A model generated the notes under the pieces. It searched no databases. It saw only the letters and a program-made list of their open reading frames with translations, and was not told the origin of the DNA. From positions 5,852-69,851 of the forward strand of contig JAVEYY010000021.1 in the NCBI GenBank assembly GCA_034003245.1: a stretch of DNA of 64,000 nt, given 5' to 3'. How positions within the stretch are numbered: position 1 is the stretch's first letter; the number at the start of each line of letters is the position of its first letter. The DNA is from Tenuifilaceae bacterium. GTDB taxonomy: Bacteria; Bacteroidota; Bacteroidia; Bacteroidales; Tenuifilaceae. Of this stretch, positions 1 through 9,472 are shown piece after piece. The translations under genes were made by a program, and so were the position numbers.

Positions 1-362
1 TCGACATGGGAAAACCCGTAAGAATATACGATCTGGCCTGTAAAATGATTAAACTTTCGGGACTCGAAATTGGTAAGGACATAGTGATAAAGGAAATTGG
101 ACTACGGCCAGGCGAAAAACTTTACGAGGAACTCCTCAACAATGAGGAGAACACACTTCCAACCTATCACCCAAAGATTCTAAGAGCCAAGGTTCGAGAG
201 TACGACAAGGAGTTTATCCAGAAGAATTTCGATGATTTAACCCACCTGATTATAGAGGCCAACGTATTTGAACTGGTTGCCAAAATGAAGGAGATTGTCC
301 CAGAGTACATCAGCAATAACTCCATTTACGACGTGCTCGACAAGCAGAAGGTTAGCGGTTAG
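1..362 (+). CDS. 3' fragment of a CapD/PglF/WbpM-type polysaccharide biosynthesis protein (NDP-sugar dehydratase/epimerase); 5' end is outside the window
   Basis: The frame is open from the window edge to TAG at 360-362. The tail GKPVRIYDLACKMIKLSGLE...GLRPGEKLYEELL matches the conserved C-terminal block of this family. Confidence 0.7.
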   Translation, partial: DMGKPVRIYDLACKMIKLSGLEIGKDIVIKEIGLRPGEKLYEELLNNEENTLPTYHPKILRAKVREYDKEFIQKNFDDLTHLIIEANVFELVAKMKEIVPEYISNNSIYDVLDKQKVSG

Positions 363-390
363 TCTTAAAAATATTATTTTTTTACAACCA

Positions 391-412
391 AAGGGGCATT
401 AGCCCCTTTTTT
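391..412 (+). terminator. Rho-independent terminator after the CapD-like gene
   Basis: AAGGGGC-ATTA-GCCCCTT hairpin running into a T-run, about 29 nt after the stop. Confidence 0.75.
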
Positions 413-756
413 CATTCTTTAGAATACAATCTAAGGTATTCAAAAACTGTATCCAGAAAATAAATTATTTCAAAACCTCAAAGTGAAAGAAAACGACAAT
501 CAAAATAAATATTTTGAGAATACTTGAAATATCTCTGAGGTATTACCATAAAAAAACAGCATACGCTTTGCCAATTAGATAAGTATTTATATTTTTAGCA
601 AGTTAAAGTGGGCAATACCACCAAAAAGATAAGCACCATAAAATATGAAGTAACTATTCTGTTTCTTGGGTAACTAGTTACAGAGGTATTCGTATTAGTA
701 GCATATCCTATTTCGGTAGATATCGGTTTACAAAATGGTTTCGTAAAGTTTTATTT

Positions 757-1596
757 ATGGTTATTACTGATCAAGACCTTCAATACTTCGTAACCACGCT
801 AAAAAATTCGTCGAAGTACGATTTTAGCGAGTATTCCGATAAATCGTTGAAACGCCGATTGCAGAAAGTACTCACCGACTTTAACCTCGACATGCAGGGG
901 CTGATCCTAGCCCTAAAAAACAAGCCCGATTTTACCGAGAAGATTGTTAGGGAGATTACCGTTAACACCACCGAACTTTTCCGCGACCCACCTGTTTGGC
1001 ATACACTCCGCTCCCGCATTTTGCCCCGATTTAAAAACAACAAAACAATAAATATTTGGCACGCCGGATGCTCAACAGGACAGGAGGTGTACTCCATGTT
1101 GATTCTTCTCAACGAGATGGAGATGCTGGAAAAAACCAAGATATTTGCTTCCGACCTTAACACAGATGTTCTGGATGCCGCAAAAAAGGGGGAGTACAAG
1201 TATCGGTTCAACATTGCTTACCTCGACAACTTCGACAAGGTAATTAAGCAGAACCCATTGAACTACGAGGAGTTTAACGATGTCCCTTACGAGAAGTACT
1301 TCGATATCGACAAGGCTAGGGACACAATTACCATGAAGAAGCATCTCACTGAAAGGCCAATATTTAGGAAACACGATCTGGTGAAGGACGGAAACCTGTT
1401 CTTTGCAAAGTTCGATCTTATTCTTTGCCGCAATGTGATTATATACTTCAACTATTCGCTGCAGAACAAGGTTTTCGATTTGTTCCATTCAAATCTCTAC
1501 AACAAGGGAATCCTTTTGCTGGGTATGCACGAAACGATTCTGGGGCCTTGGGCAAACAAGTTCGAGAAGATGGGACAGGCTTATATAAAAAAATGA
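757..1596 (+). CDS. cheR: CheR-type protein-glutamate O-methyltransferase (stand-alone)
   Basis: 279 aa. CheR N-terminal helical region, TELFRDPPVW, SAM-binding IWHAGCSTGQEVYS and the DLILCRNVIIYF motif are all present. Confidence 0.85.
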   Translation: MVITDQDLQYFVTTLKNSSKYDFSEYSDKSLKRRLQKVLTDFNLDMQGLILALKNKPDFTEKIVREITVNTTELFRDPPVWHTLRSRILPRFKNNKTINIWHAGCSTGQEVYSMLILLNEMEMLEKTKIFASDLNTDVLDAAKKGEYKYRFNIAYLDNFDKVIKQNPLNYEEFNDVPYEKYFDIDKARDTITMKKHLTERPIFRKHDLVKDGNLFFAKFDLILCRNVIIYFNYSLQNKVFDLFHSNLYNKGILLLGMHETILGPWANKFEKMGQAYIKK

Positions 1597-1622
1597 GATA
1601 TTTATATCTAGAATATTAAAAT

Positions 1623-4001
1623 ATGAGAGTTCTAAATAAGTTAAGCATTAATCATAGAATCCAACTAGCTGTTGGGCTGATATTGCTTTTCCTATATGCC
1701 GTATCGGGTTACGTAGTATACTCATTCTCGGCAAGTAGAATGGAGAAACAGATCCATCGTCAGATGGAGGTTTACCTCGGCAACCTCTCTGGATTAATCA
1801 ACGAGGTGGAGAAACAGGGTGCCCCTGGATTTGACCCCAGAGACCACCAAACACTTAAGCCATACTTCAGCAAGCCTGCCTTTTTTAGCACCGATTACCC
1901 ATTTATGGCCGATGCTGCTGGACACTATACTATCCATCTTTACAAAGAAGGGCAACGAATCCCAAGGTATCTGCTGAACCAACTCTTTGCGCAATCGGAA
2001 AAGAGAGGATTCATCGAGTTTACCGAGAAATCAAACAATCAGGGTCAAAAGATCAAACTATTCTACCAAAAAGTTGATATTTACAACTCCTTTATTGGCA
2101 TACCTGTTAACCTAAATGAGGCAGCAAAAGATCTGAACAGCAATCGGTTTGTTCTTATCCTTCTTGTGATTGTCGGCTCACTCTTTTTTATTTTTGTAAT
2201 TAACCTCACCCTTAAACCAACCCTTAAAACCATCGCGCTAATTGACGATGTGGTTAGCCAAATGGCCAAGGGCGAAGTCTCCTCAACCATCACATACCAA
2301 TCGAGCGATGAGGTTGGAAAAATCGTAAAATCGCTTAACGTTCTTATCGAAGGGCTGTCGAAAACAGCCGCCTTTGCTACCGAAATTGGTCACAATAACC
2401 TCGACACTGAATTTTCGACCCTTGGGCCAAACGACAAGTTGGGCAACGCCCTTCTCGACTTACGCAAAAACTTTAAACAATCGAAAGAGGAAGAGGACAA
2501 ACGGCAGGAGGAGGACAAGCAGCGCAACTGGACCAATTCGGGCCTAGCAACATTTGCCGATATTCTACGCCAGAATAACAATAATCTTCAACGTTTATCC
2601 GATACAGTAATACAAAATCTACTGAATTACCTCAACGCTAACCAGGGTGGGTTATTTATGCTGAACGAGGATGATGATACCAACCCTCAGCTTGAGTTGA
2701 TTTCTGCTTTTGCATACAACAGGAAAAAATTTATGCAGAAAACCATTCTCCTTGGCGAGGGATTGGTTGGAAACTGCGTAATTGAAAAGCAAACAATCTA
2801 CCTAAAAGAAATTCCAGATAATTACTTGCAGATAACCTCGGGACTTGGCGACGCCACACCAAGAGCACTGCTTATTACCCCGCTTAAACTTGAAGATAAA
2901 GTTTTTGGAGTAATCGAGATAGCCTCGTTTAATGAGTTTAAGCCTTTTGAGATTGATTTTATCGAAAAAATCGGTGAGAGCATTGCTTCAACACTATCGG
3001 CAGTAAAAAATAGCATTCGAACCTCACAACTCCTTGAACAATCGCAACAACAACGCGAGGAGATGGCCGCACAGGAAGAGGAGATGCGTCAGAACATGGA
3101 GGAGATGCAGGCAACTCAGGAGGAGATGGCTCGCAAAACCATTGAAATGGAGGGCATGTCGTCGGCTATTAACGAGGCCATGCTTTTTGCTGAACTTACT
3201 GAGAATGGCCACTTCCTAAATATCAACGCCAATATGCTCAACACCTTGGGCTATACCCGAGGGGAATTGGAGGATAAAACAATCCACAATTTCATCTACC
3301 CAACCGATGTGACGAGTTTTAACGACCTATGGCGATTGGTTAAAGGAGGCGAAACCCACAACGGAACAATCAAATGGATTAACCGAAACAACGAAGAGCT
3401 ATACTTGCTTAGCAGTATATCGCCAGCTTTTGATGAGGTTGGAGATATCTTCAAGATTTTCTTCCTTGGACAGGATATTACAGCATCGAAACAGATTGAA
3501 ATAAAAGCACAGGAGCAAGCCGAGGAGATTGAGCAAAACCTAATGGAGCTACAAGCAGAGCAAGAACTGGCGCAACAGCGTGACGAGGAGATTGCTGCCC
3601 TGCTAAAAGCGCTTGACGGAACGTGCCTAGTAACAGAGTTCGATCCTAGCGGAAAAATTTTGTATATCAACGCCAAAAACGAAGAGGTTCTGGGCAGTAA
3701 AAGAAATGAAATTGAGGGGAAAGTTCTCCACGAAATTGATTTTTCGGCAAAGAATAATCCACAAGCATTCAACGCCATGTGGTCTTCGCTTCTCGAAGGA
3801 GTATCACAACAGCGAGAGTTCTCACTAAAAGTAAAGAATCGCGAAGTTTGGATTTCGGAGCATTTTACTCCAATATTTGGCAAGGATGGTGAGGTTGTAA
3901 AAATCATCAACATTGGCATAGATATAAGCAGCGGCAAGGAAACTGAGATAAGGCTTCAGAAGCAAGTAGAGGAGTTAACCAAGCTGCTAAGGCAAAAATA
4001 G
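1623..4001 (+). CDS. Membrane sensor protein: 2 TM + extracytoplasmic domain + HAMP + GAF + Glu-rich coiled coil + 2 PAS; no recognisable output domain
   Basis: 792 aa. Hydrophobic segments LAVGLILLFLYAVSGYVVYSF and FVLILLVIVGSLFFIFVINL. HAMP-like KPTLKTIALIDDVVSQMAKGE...SDEVGKIVKSLN. GAF signature IPDNYLQITSGLGDATPRALLITPL...GVIEIASF. PAS-like blocks after residues ~520 and ~650. No HATPase, GGDEF, REC or MCP signalling domain seen. Confidence 0.75.
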   Translation: MRVLNKLSINHRIQLAVGLILLFLYAVSGYVVYSFSASRMEKQIHRQMEVYLGNLSGLINEVEKQGAPGFDPRDHQTLKPYFSKPAFFSTDYPFMADAAGHYTIHLYKEGQRIPRYLLNQLFAQSEKRGFIEFTEKSNNQGQKIKLFYQKVDIYNSFIGIPVNLNEAAKDLNSNRFVLILLVIVGSLFFIFVINLTLKPTLKTIALIDDVVSQMAKGEVSSTITYQSSDEVGKIVKSLNVLIEGLSKTAAFATEIGHNNLDTEFSTLGPNDKLGNALLDLRKNFKQSKEEEDKRQEEDKQRNWTNSGLATFADILRQNNNNLQRLSDTVIQNLLNYLNANQGGLFMLNEDDDTNPQLELISAFAYNRKKFMQKTILLGEGLVGNCVIEKQTIYLKEIPDNYLQITSGLGDATPRALLITPLKLEDKVFGVIEIASFNEFKPFEIDFIEKIGESIASTLSAVKNSIRTSQLLEQSQQQREEMAAQEEEMRQNMEEMQATQEEMARKTIEMEGMSSAINEAMLFAELTENGHFLNINANMLNTLGYTRGELEDKTIHNFIYPTDVTSFNDLWRLVKGGETHNGTIKWINRNNEELYLLSSISPAFDEVGDIFKIFFLGQDITASKQIEIKAQEQAEEIEQNLMELQAEQELAQQRDEEIAALLKALDGTCLVTEFDPSGKILYINAKNEEVLGSKRNEIEGKVLHEIDFSAKNNPQAFNAMWSSLLEGVSQQREFSLKVKNREVWISEHFTPIFGKDGEVVKIINIGIDISSGKETEIRLQKQVEELTKLLRQK

Positions 4002-4022
4002 TAGGCAAAACAATTATTACTG

Positions 4023-4859
4023 ATGATTCGATACGAAATTGGCATAGTTGAAACCCGGAACGTTATTAAAGCGTTACTCGATACCTATGGTCTCGATTTC
4101 AGGGATTTTGCGCTAACCTCGTTTAAGCGTAGGCTCGAGGAGGTTATTGCCAAGAATGGGTTAAAAGATGCCGATGGACTTACTAATAGACTAACCAGCA
4201 ACAAAGCTTTTCTTGAATATTTCCTTGGCGATATTATTCCCGAAACCACCGAGATGTTCCGCGATCCCTCGCTTTGGAGAGCACTTCGAGAGGAAGTAAT
4301 CCCCGATATTGTTAAAAACTCATCCAAGTTGAAGATATGGGTTGCGGCTTTCGATTCTGGCGAAGAACTTTACTCTCTTTGCATTTTACTTAAAGAGATG
4401 AATTTGCTGGATCAGTTTCAAATTTTCGCATCAACCATAAGCGAGGAGACCACCAAGAAAATCCTTTCCGGAAAACTCGATGCCAAGCAGCTGGAGGTTA
4501 ATGAGGCAAACTACGAACGGCTCAATGGGCATAACCGCTACGCCGATTACCACTCTATTGCTAGCTCATCGGGAAGTATACTAATCGACACCAGCCTGAT
4601 TTCAGGAGTAACATTTGTTAAGCAGGATACACTGCTCAACAATGCCCCATCGGGCATAAAGCTGGTGCTCTTCAGAAATCAGCTTATCTACTTTAACCAG
4701 ATACTACAGGATAAGTGCCTTAATGCCATTCACAACAGCCTTATTCCCGGAGGGTATTTGGCTCTGGGGGCGAAAGAAACCTTGGAAAATACAAATTCAA
4801 ACAATAAATTTACCGTAGTTAACGACGCGGAGAAAATTTACAAAAAGAAAGCAGGATAA
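4023..4859 (+). CDS. Divergent CheR-like methyltransferase paralog (glycine-rich SAM motif degenerate)
   Basis: 278 aa, collinear with the CheR at 757-1596 (TEMFRDPSLW, KLVLFRNQLIYF). The GCSTGQE motif is replaced by AFDSGEE. Confidence 0.7.
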   Translation: MIRYEIGIVETRNVIKALLDTYGLDFRDFALTSFKRRLEEVIAKNGLKDADGLTNRLTSNKAFLEYFLGDIIPETTEMFRDPSLWRALREEVIPDIVKNSSKLKIWVAAFDSGEELYSLCILLKEMNLLDQFQIFASTISEETTKKILSGKLDAKQLEVNEANYERLNGHNRYADYHSIASSSGSILIDTSLISGVTFVKQDTLLNNAPSGIKLVLFRNQLIYFNQILQDKCLNAIHNSLIPGGYLALGAKETLENTNSNNKFTVVNDAEKIYKKKAG

Positions 4860-4862
4860 AAA

Positions 4863-5423
4863 TTGATGTATAAAGCAGTAATCATAGGCGGTTCAGCAGG
4901 TAGTTTCCAGGTAATTACTCGAATTTTGAGTTCTCTCCCGGCAAACTTCCCCCTACCCGTTCTGCTAAGCCTTCACAGGCTTAAGCATGTTCGGAGCGGG
5001 TTTGTTGAGGCGCTATCAATAAAATCGGCAATTCCCGTTATAGAACCATTCGATAAGGACCAAATCAAGCCAGGAAAAGCATATCTTGCTCCAGCCAACT
5101 ATCACATGTTCATCGAACTAGGTAATAAAATTGCGCTGTCAACCGAGCCCCCGGTAAACCACTCGCGCCCCTCAATCGATCTCTCGTTTGTGACTGCCGC
5201 ACAGGTTTACAGGGAGAAATTGGTTGGCATTATCCTGTCGGGAGCAAATAAGGATGGAGCCTTTGGTTTAAAAAAGATTAAGGACTATGGTGGTGTTGCC
5301 ATTGTTCAGGATCCCGAGGAGTGTCAGGTTAAAACTATGACTGAGTCCTCGCTCAAGCTTACAAAGGTTGATCATATATATAAAACCGAACAGATAATAC
5401 GTTTTTTACAAAACCTAAAATAA
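4863..5423 (+). CDS. cheB: CheB-type protein-glutamate methylesterase, catalytic domain only (no receiver domain)
   Basis: 186 aa. IIGGSAGS (nucleophile Ser), SLHRLKH (His) and LSGANKDGAFGLKKIKDYGG (Asp) blocks. Starts 3 nt after the preceding gene; TTG at 4863 or ATG at 4866. Confidence 0.8.
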   Translation: MMYKAVIIGGSAGSFQVITRILSSLPANFPLPVLLSLHRLKHVRSGFVEALSIKSAIPVIEPFDKDQIKPGKAYLAPANYHMFIELGNKIALSTEPPVNHSRPSIDLSFVTAAQVYREKLVGIILSGANKDGAFGLKKIKDYGGVAIVQDPEECQVKTMTESSLKLTKVDHIYKTEQIIRFLQNLK

Positions 5424-5435
5424 CTTTGATGCCTC

Positions 5436-6233
5436 ATGAAAATCTTCACATCCAACTCTAGATTTAGCTACGGCATCCTCTTGATAGTGCTAATAATTAG
5501 CGCATCGGGATCATTAATTGCACTTCACAATCGGATTACCCAGGCGCAGACGAAAACGCCCCTGCTCGCTGTTGTCCTTATGCTGGTCGTTATTATTATC
5601 GCCATTCTGCTTTTCCAGCAGCTATCATCATACTATCGGAGCCTAAACAAAGTATCTGATGAACTTGAACAGCTAAAAAAAACCATTCGCGAAAGCAGAA
5701 AACAAGAAGAGGAAGAGGAAGCAAAAGCCAAGGTAACCGAAAAGGTAATTAATATTGACTACCAGACCGAGGCACAAAATTTAATTCCCACTGCTAAGTT
5801 TGAGTCGCAGAGTAAATTTTTGGAGAAGCTGCTCTCAAACATAGCAAGTAAACATGAGATTGTACAGGCCATAGCTTTTGTCAAGGCATCGAATACCTTC
5901 GAAATGGTTGCCTCATACGCTTACTTTTCCGAAAGCGAACCACCGAGTTTTATCGAAGGTGAAACCCTTCCAGGACAAGTGGCAAAAAACAAGGTTGTGC
6001 TCAACCTTAGCGAGGTTCCCGATGATTATATTACAGTTTTATCGGGATTAGGTAAAGGCACACCCAGCAACCTTCTAATAATTCCAGTTGTTAATAAGGA
6101 AGGTGAATCGGTTGCCGTTATTGAGTTGGCTTCTTTTTCGTCCTTTAGCGAGGAAAAAGTTAAGATATTCGAGAGCCTGGCCAATACGCTTAGCAAACAT
6201 ATTACATCTATAGGCATTAGCACGGAGGAATAG
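5436..6233 (+). CDS. Membrane-anchored GAF-domain protein
   Basis: 265 aa. Two N-terminal hydrophobic helices, a charged coiled coil, and a GAF block VPDDYITVLSGLGKGTPSNLLIIPV...AVIELASF that is paralogous to the GAFs of the 792-aa and 870-aa neighbours. Confidence 0.65.
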   Translation: MKIFTSNSRFSYGILLIVLIISASGSLIALHNRITQAQTKTPLLAVVLMLVVIIIAILLFQQLSSYYRSLNKVSDELEQLKKTIRESRKQEEEEEAKAKVTEKVINIDYQTEAQNLIPTAKFESQSKFLEKLLSNIASKHEIVQAIAFVKASNTFEMVASYAYFSESEPPSFIEGETLPGQVAKNKVVLNLSEVPDDYITVLSGLGKGTPSNLLIIPVVNKEGESVAVIELASFSSFSEEKVKIFESLANTLSKHITSIGISTEE

Positions 6234-6234
6234 T

Positions 6235-8847
6235 ATGACAACCCATAACCCCCCTTCTTCGGAGAGCATCAGCAGAGCTATAGCCCAAAAGGTTATAGTA
6301 GCAGGAACATTGGGACTAACTGCTCTTGTAACAGTTTGGATTCTGGAGTTTACTACACATGAAATTGCTTTCTCGCTAAAGGGGATTGCACAAATACATA
6401 AGGCAAATCCATCGCTTTGGATTATTGATCTGCTTCCATTTCTGCTAGTATACGTTACTTATGTAGTTGTGAAACGACATCGCGAAAAAGTCTCTTTCCT
6501 AGAAGAGGAACTTAAGCAGAAAGATCAGGATATCAACAAGAACGCCCTGTTTGCCAAAACCATTGGCGAGGGTAACTACAATGCACCATTTCAAATTGGC
6601 GACGACGATGACATTCTAGGAAAATCACTTCTGGTGATGCGCGACAACCTGCTGGACAACAACAAGAGAGAAGCCGAGCAAAGCTGGATTGCCAAGGGAA
6701 AGGATGAGGTTTCCTACATTCTTCGCCTTCACAATAACCTGGGTGAGCTATCGTACGAGGTGCTCGTGAAGCTGATTAAGTACATCAACATAATCCAAGG
6801 AGCCCTTTATATTTTTGATGACGATAAGAAAGCGCTTATCAACCTTGCAACATATGCCTATAACCGAAAAAAATTCATTAACCAAGAGTTTAGAATTGGG
6901 CAAGGGCTAATAGGACAATGCGCCTACGAGCAAGACATAATTTACCGAACTGAGATACCCGATGACTATGCAACCATAACCTCCGGTATTTTGGGCGATA
7001 AGAAACCCAAAAGTCTCATAATTGTTCCTCTGGTAACCGACGAAAAACTTCAGGGAGTTATTGAATTTGCCTCCATCGAGGATCATATCCCCGAGTTAAC
7101 CATCCGTTTTCTGAAAGAGATGGGCGAAATAATTGCCCGCACAATCTTTAACCTGCGTATTAACCAGAAAACTGAAAAGCTGCTCCTTGAGGCTCAACAG
7201 ATGACCCAGGAACTGAAGGAGAACGAGGAGGAACTTCGTCAGAATGCTGAGGAAATGAGGGCTACCCATGAGGAACTCGAAAAATCAAACCTTCAGCTGG
7301 AGTTAAAAATACAGGAGGTAGAAAACGCCCAAAAGCGTCTTCACTCACTGTTGGAAAACGCCTCTGAGATTATCTCAATCTATAGCAGCAGTCAAAAGTT
7401 AACCTACATCAGCCCATCGGTTACCAAAATTTTAGGATATACTCCGCAGGAGATGATGTCGGGCAAGGACATGGATCGCCTTACACGCAAGGGTGAGCAA
7501 GATATCAACGAAATGTTTCATAAGCTACTCGAGTCGCCCAGAGTACCAATCACCATCCAGTACACCTTTATGAAAAAGGATGGAACCAAGCTGTTCCTCG
7601 AGGTTACCGGGCGAAACCTACTCGATGATACGGCCATCAACGGGATTATTCTTAACTCACAGGATATAACCGAACGTAAGCGGGCAGAAAAAGAGGAGCG
7701 CATGCGGAGTAAAATGCAGGCCCTTTCGGAGAATTCGCCCGATATGATTATGCGACTTAACACCAGCGGACAATTCTTCTACGCAAACCCAATGGTGGAG
7801 GAATATCTCGGTATTCCAGTAAAAGATCTTATTAACCAAACCCTCAACTCCGTTGAGTTCAACGAATCGCTTGCCACTTTCCTTAAGGATACTATAAAAT
7901 CCATAAAAACCAGTAAAACCAAAGTGGAAAGCGACTTAACGTTCAACTCTAAACTCGGTGAAACGATAATGCACATTTCGGCGATTCCCGAATTTAACGA
8001 GAATGAGCTTGAAACTATACTTTTTGTTAGCCACGATATTACTGAGGCAAAACGAATAGAGCTGGAGATCCAGGACAAGAACCGTAAGATAACCGAGAGC
8101 ATAAACTACGCCCAGCGCATTCAAACATCAATTTTGCCCAATAACCGTATTATCAGGCAGTATCTACCCAAATCGTTTATCTACTACAAACCTCGCGATG
8201 TGGTAAGTGGCGATTTCCCTTGGTTTTTTGTTAAGGAAGACAGTATTTACATTGCAGCAGTTGACTGTACGGGCCACGGCGTTCCGGGTGCGCTACTCTC
8301 TTTTATTGGTTACTTTATTCTAAATAACGTAGTGGATCACGATGTTTCCTATTCAGCAAGTAAAGTTCTGGATTTGCTCCACTATGGGGTTCGTAAAACG
8401 CTAAAACAGGATAGACCCGATGCCGACGCTCGCGACGGTATGGACATAGCTCTTTGTAAAATCAACTTAAAACGCAAAGAGCTACACTACTCGGGTGCAC
8501 ACAGACCGCTTTATCTGCTTAGAAACAATGAGCTGCAGGAGTTAAAGGGCGATCGAAAAGCAATTGGCGGTATTCCACACCCAAAAAAGGAGGAAAAGGA
8601 GTTCACCAACTACTTAATCGAGATTAAACCCGACGACAAGATATTCTTCTTCTCCGATGGAATGCCCGATCAGGTAGGTGGTGATGAGAACAAAAAATAC
8701 AGCCCCGCCCGCATCAGGGAGCTTATCATGGAGAACCAATCTATGACAATGCCCCAATTTAACGACCTTTTTTCGAAAGATTTTGAGGAATATAAGGGTG
8801 ACCACAAGCAAATTGACGACGTTCTTCTAATAGGAATTCAATTCTAA
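6235..8847 (+). CDS. SiaA-like sensor phosphatase: TM + GAF + coiled coil + 2 PAS + PP2C/SpoIIE phosphatase domain
   Basis: 870 aa. GAF block IPDDYATITSGILGDKKPKSLIIVPL...GVIEFASI. PAS-like regions follow. C-terminal SpoIIE/PP2C motifs VSGDFPWFF, DCTGHGVPGALLS, DGMDIALC, FSDGMPDQ and DDVLLIG. Starts 1 nt after the preceding stop. Confidence 0.8.
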   Translation: MTTHNPPSSESISRAIAQKVIVAGTLGLTALVTVWILEFTTHEIAFSLKGIAQIHKANPSLWIIDLLPFLLVYVTYVVVKRHREKVSFLEEELKQKDQDINKNALFAKTIGEGNYNAPFQIGDDDDILGKSLLVMRDNLLDNNKREAEQSWIAKGKDEVSYILRLHNNLGELSYEVLVKLIKYINIIQGALYIFDDDKKALINLATYAYNRKKFINQEFRIGQGLIGQCAYEQDIIYRTEIPDDYATITSGILGDKKPKSLIIVPLVTDEKLQGVIEFASIEDHIPELTIRFLKEMGEIIARTIFNLRINQKTEKLLLEAQQMTQELKENEEELRQNAEEMRATHEELEKSNLQLELKIQEVENAQKRLHSLLENASEIISIYSSSQKLTYISPSVTKILGYTPQEMMSGKDMDRLTRKGEQDINEMFHKLLESPRVPITIQYTFMKKDGTKLFLEVTGRNLLDDTAINGIILNSQDITERKRAEKEERMRSKMQALSENSPDMIMRLNTSGQFFYANPMVEEYLGIPVKDLINQTLNSVEFNESLATFLKDTIKSIKTSKTKVESDLTFNSKLGETIMHISAIPEFNENELETILFVSHDITEAKRIELEIQDKNRKITESINYAQRIQTSILPNNRIIRQYLPKSFIYYKPRDVVSGDFPWFFVKEDSIYIAAVDCTGHGVPGALLSFIGYFILNNVVDHDVSYSASKVLDLLHYGVRKTLKQDRPDADARDGMDIALCKINLKRKELHYSGAHRPLYLLRNNELQELKGDRKAIGGIPHPKKEEKEFTNYLIEIKPDDKIFFFSDGMPDQVGGDENKKYSPARIRELIMENQSMTMPQFNDLFSKDFEEYKGDHKQIDDVLLIGIQF

Positions 8848-8885
8848 ATTGTTTATTATCGGTAAATTATTTAATTTTACGGGCT

Positions 8886-9461
8886 ATGGATAAAAGAAAT
8901 GTTAAAGGTTTTCTGGAGTTTGTCTACGACTTCTACAAGTCGATGAAAGCTCATGAAATTACCCTCGTCTACGAGGGTGAAATAACCCACCAGATCACCA
9001 AGGCGTTTACCTCACTCACCGAGTCCAACATGGCAAAGGAGGAGGAGTCGAACTCGGTGCAGAAAAAGGTATTCCACGTAATGGTTGAGTGCCTGCAAAA
9101 CATTAGTAAGCACGCCGACAGCTTTGGCTCCGACGACTTCCTATTTGCAGGTAGGGGAATATTTATGGTTAGTAAGGGTGAGATTGAGTACCATGTTACC
9201 ACGGGTAACGTGATTGAAAACTCAAAAATCGTTGAGCTTTCAAAAATCCTCGATCACATCAACACCCTCGACAGGGATGGCCTAAAGGAACTCTACAAAA
9301 CGCAAATGCGCGAAGGTAGGCTTTCCGAAAAAGGTGGTGCTGGACTAGGGTTTATCGACATTGCGCGAAAAACTGGTCGCAAGCTCGATTACCACTTCCT
9401 CCCCATCGACGAGGAGACACACTTTTTTATTCTAACCTCAACCATTTCCCGAAACGAGTAA
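8886..9461 (+). CDS. SiaB-like small protein kinase (HATPase/anti-sigma-kinase-like fold)
   Basis: 191 aa. ECLQNISKHA and GGAGLGFIDIARKTGRKL blocks are typical of SiaB-family kinases. It sits between a PP2C phosphatase and a DUF1987 gene. Confidence 0.65.
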   Translation: MDKRNVKGFLEFVYDFYKSMKAHEITLVYEGEITHQITKAFTSLTESNMAKEEESNSVQKKVFHVMVECLQNISKHADSFGSDDFLFAGRGIFMVSKGEIEYHVTTGNVIENSKIVELSKILDHINTLDRDGLKELYKTQMREGRLSEKGGAGLGFIDIARKTGRKLDYHFLPIDEETHFFILTSTISRNE

Positions 9462-9472
9462 ATAATTGAGCT

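Noticed and set aside
363-756. 394-nt AT-rich spacer upstream of the CheR cluster as a possible ncRNA or regulatory region.
   Set aside because: Beyond the terminator at 391-412 I saw no convincing hairpins, repeats or promoter consensus. It is likely an ordinary promoter-containing spacer.
3296-3937. Long antisense or overlapping ORFs inside confidently assigned genes. Examples: 3296-3937 (213 aa), 54278-54958 (226 aa), 25985-26539 (184 aa), 11758-12282 (174 aa), 14769-15221 (150 aa), 18305-18718 (137 aa), 35770-36168 (132 aa).
   Set aside because: Each is fully embedded opposite to, or out of frame with, a gene showing clear family motifs. Their translations are low-complexity, Ser/Arg/Cys-rich shadow ORFs.
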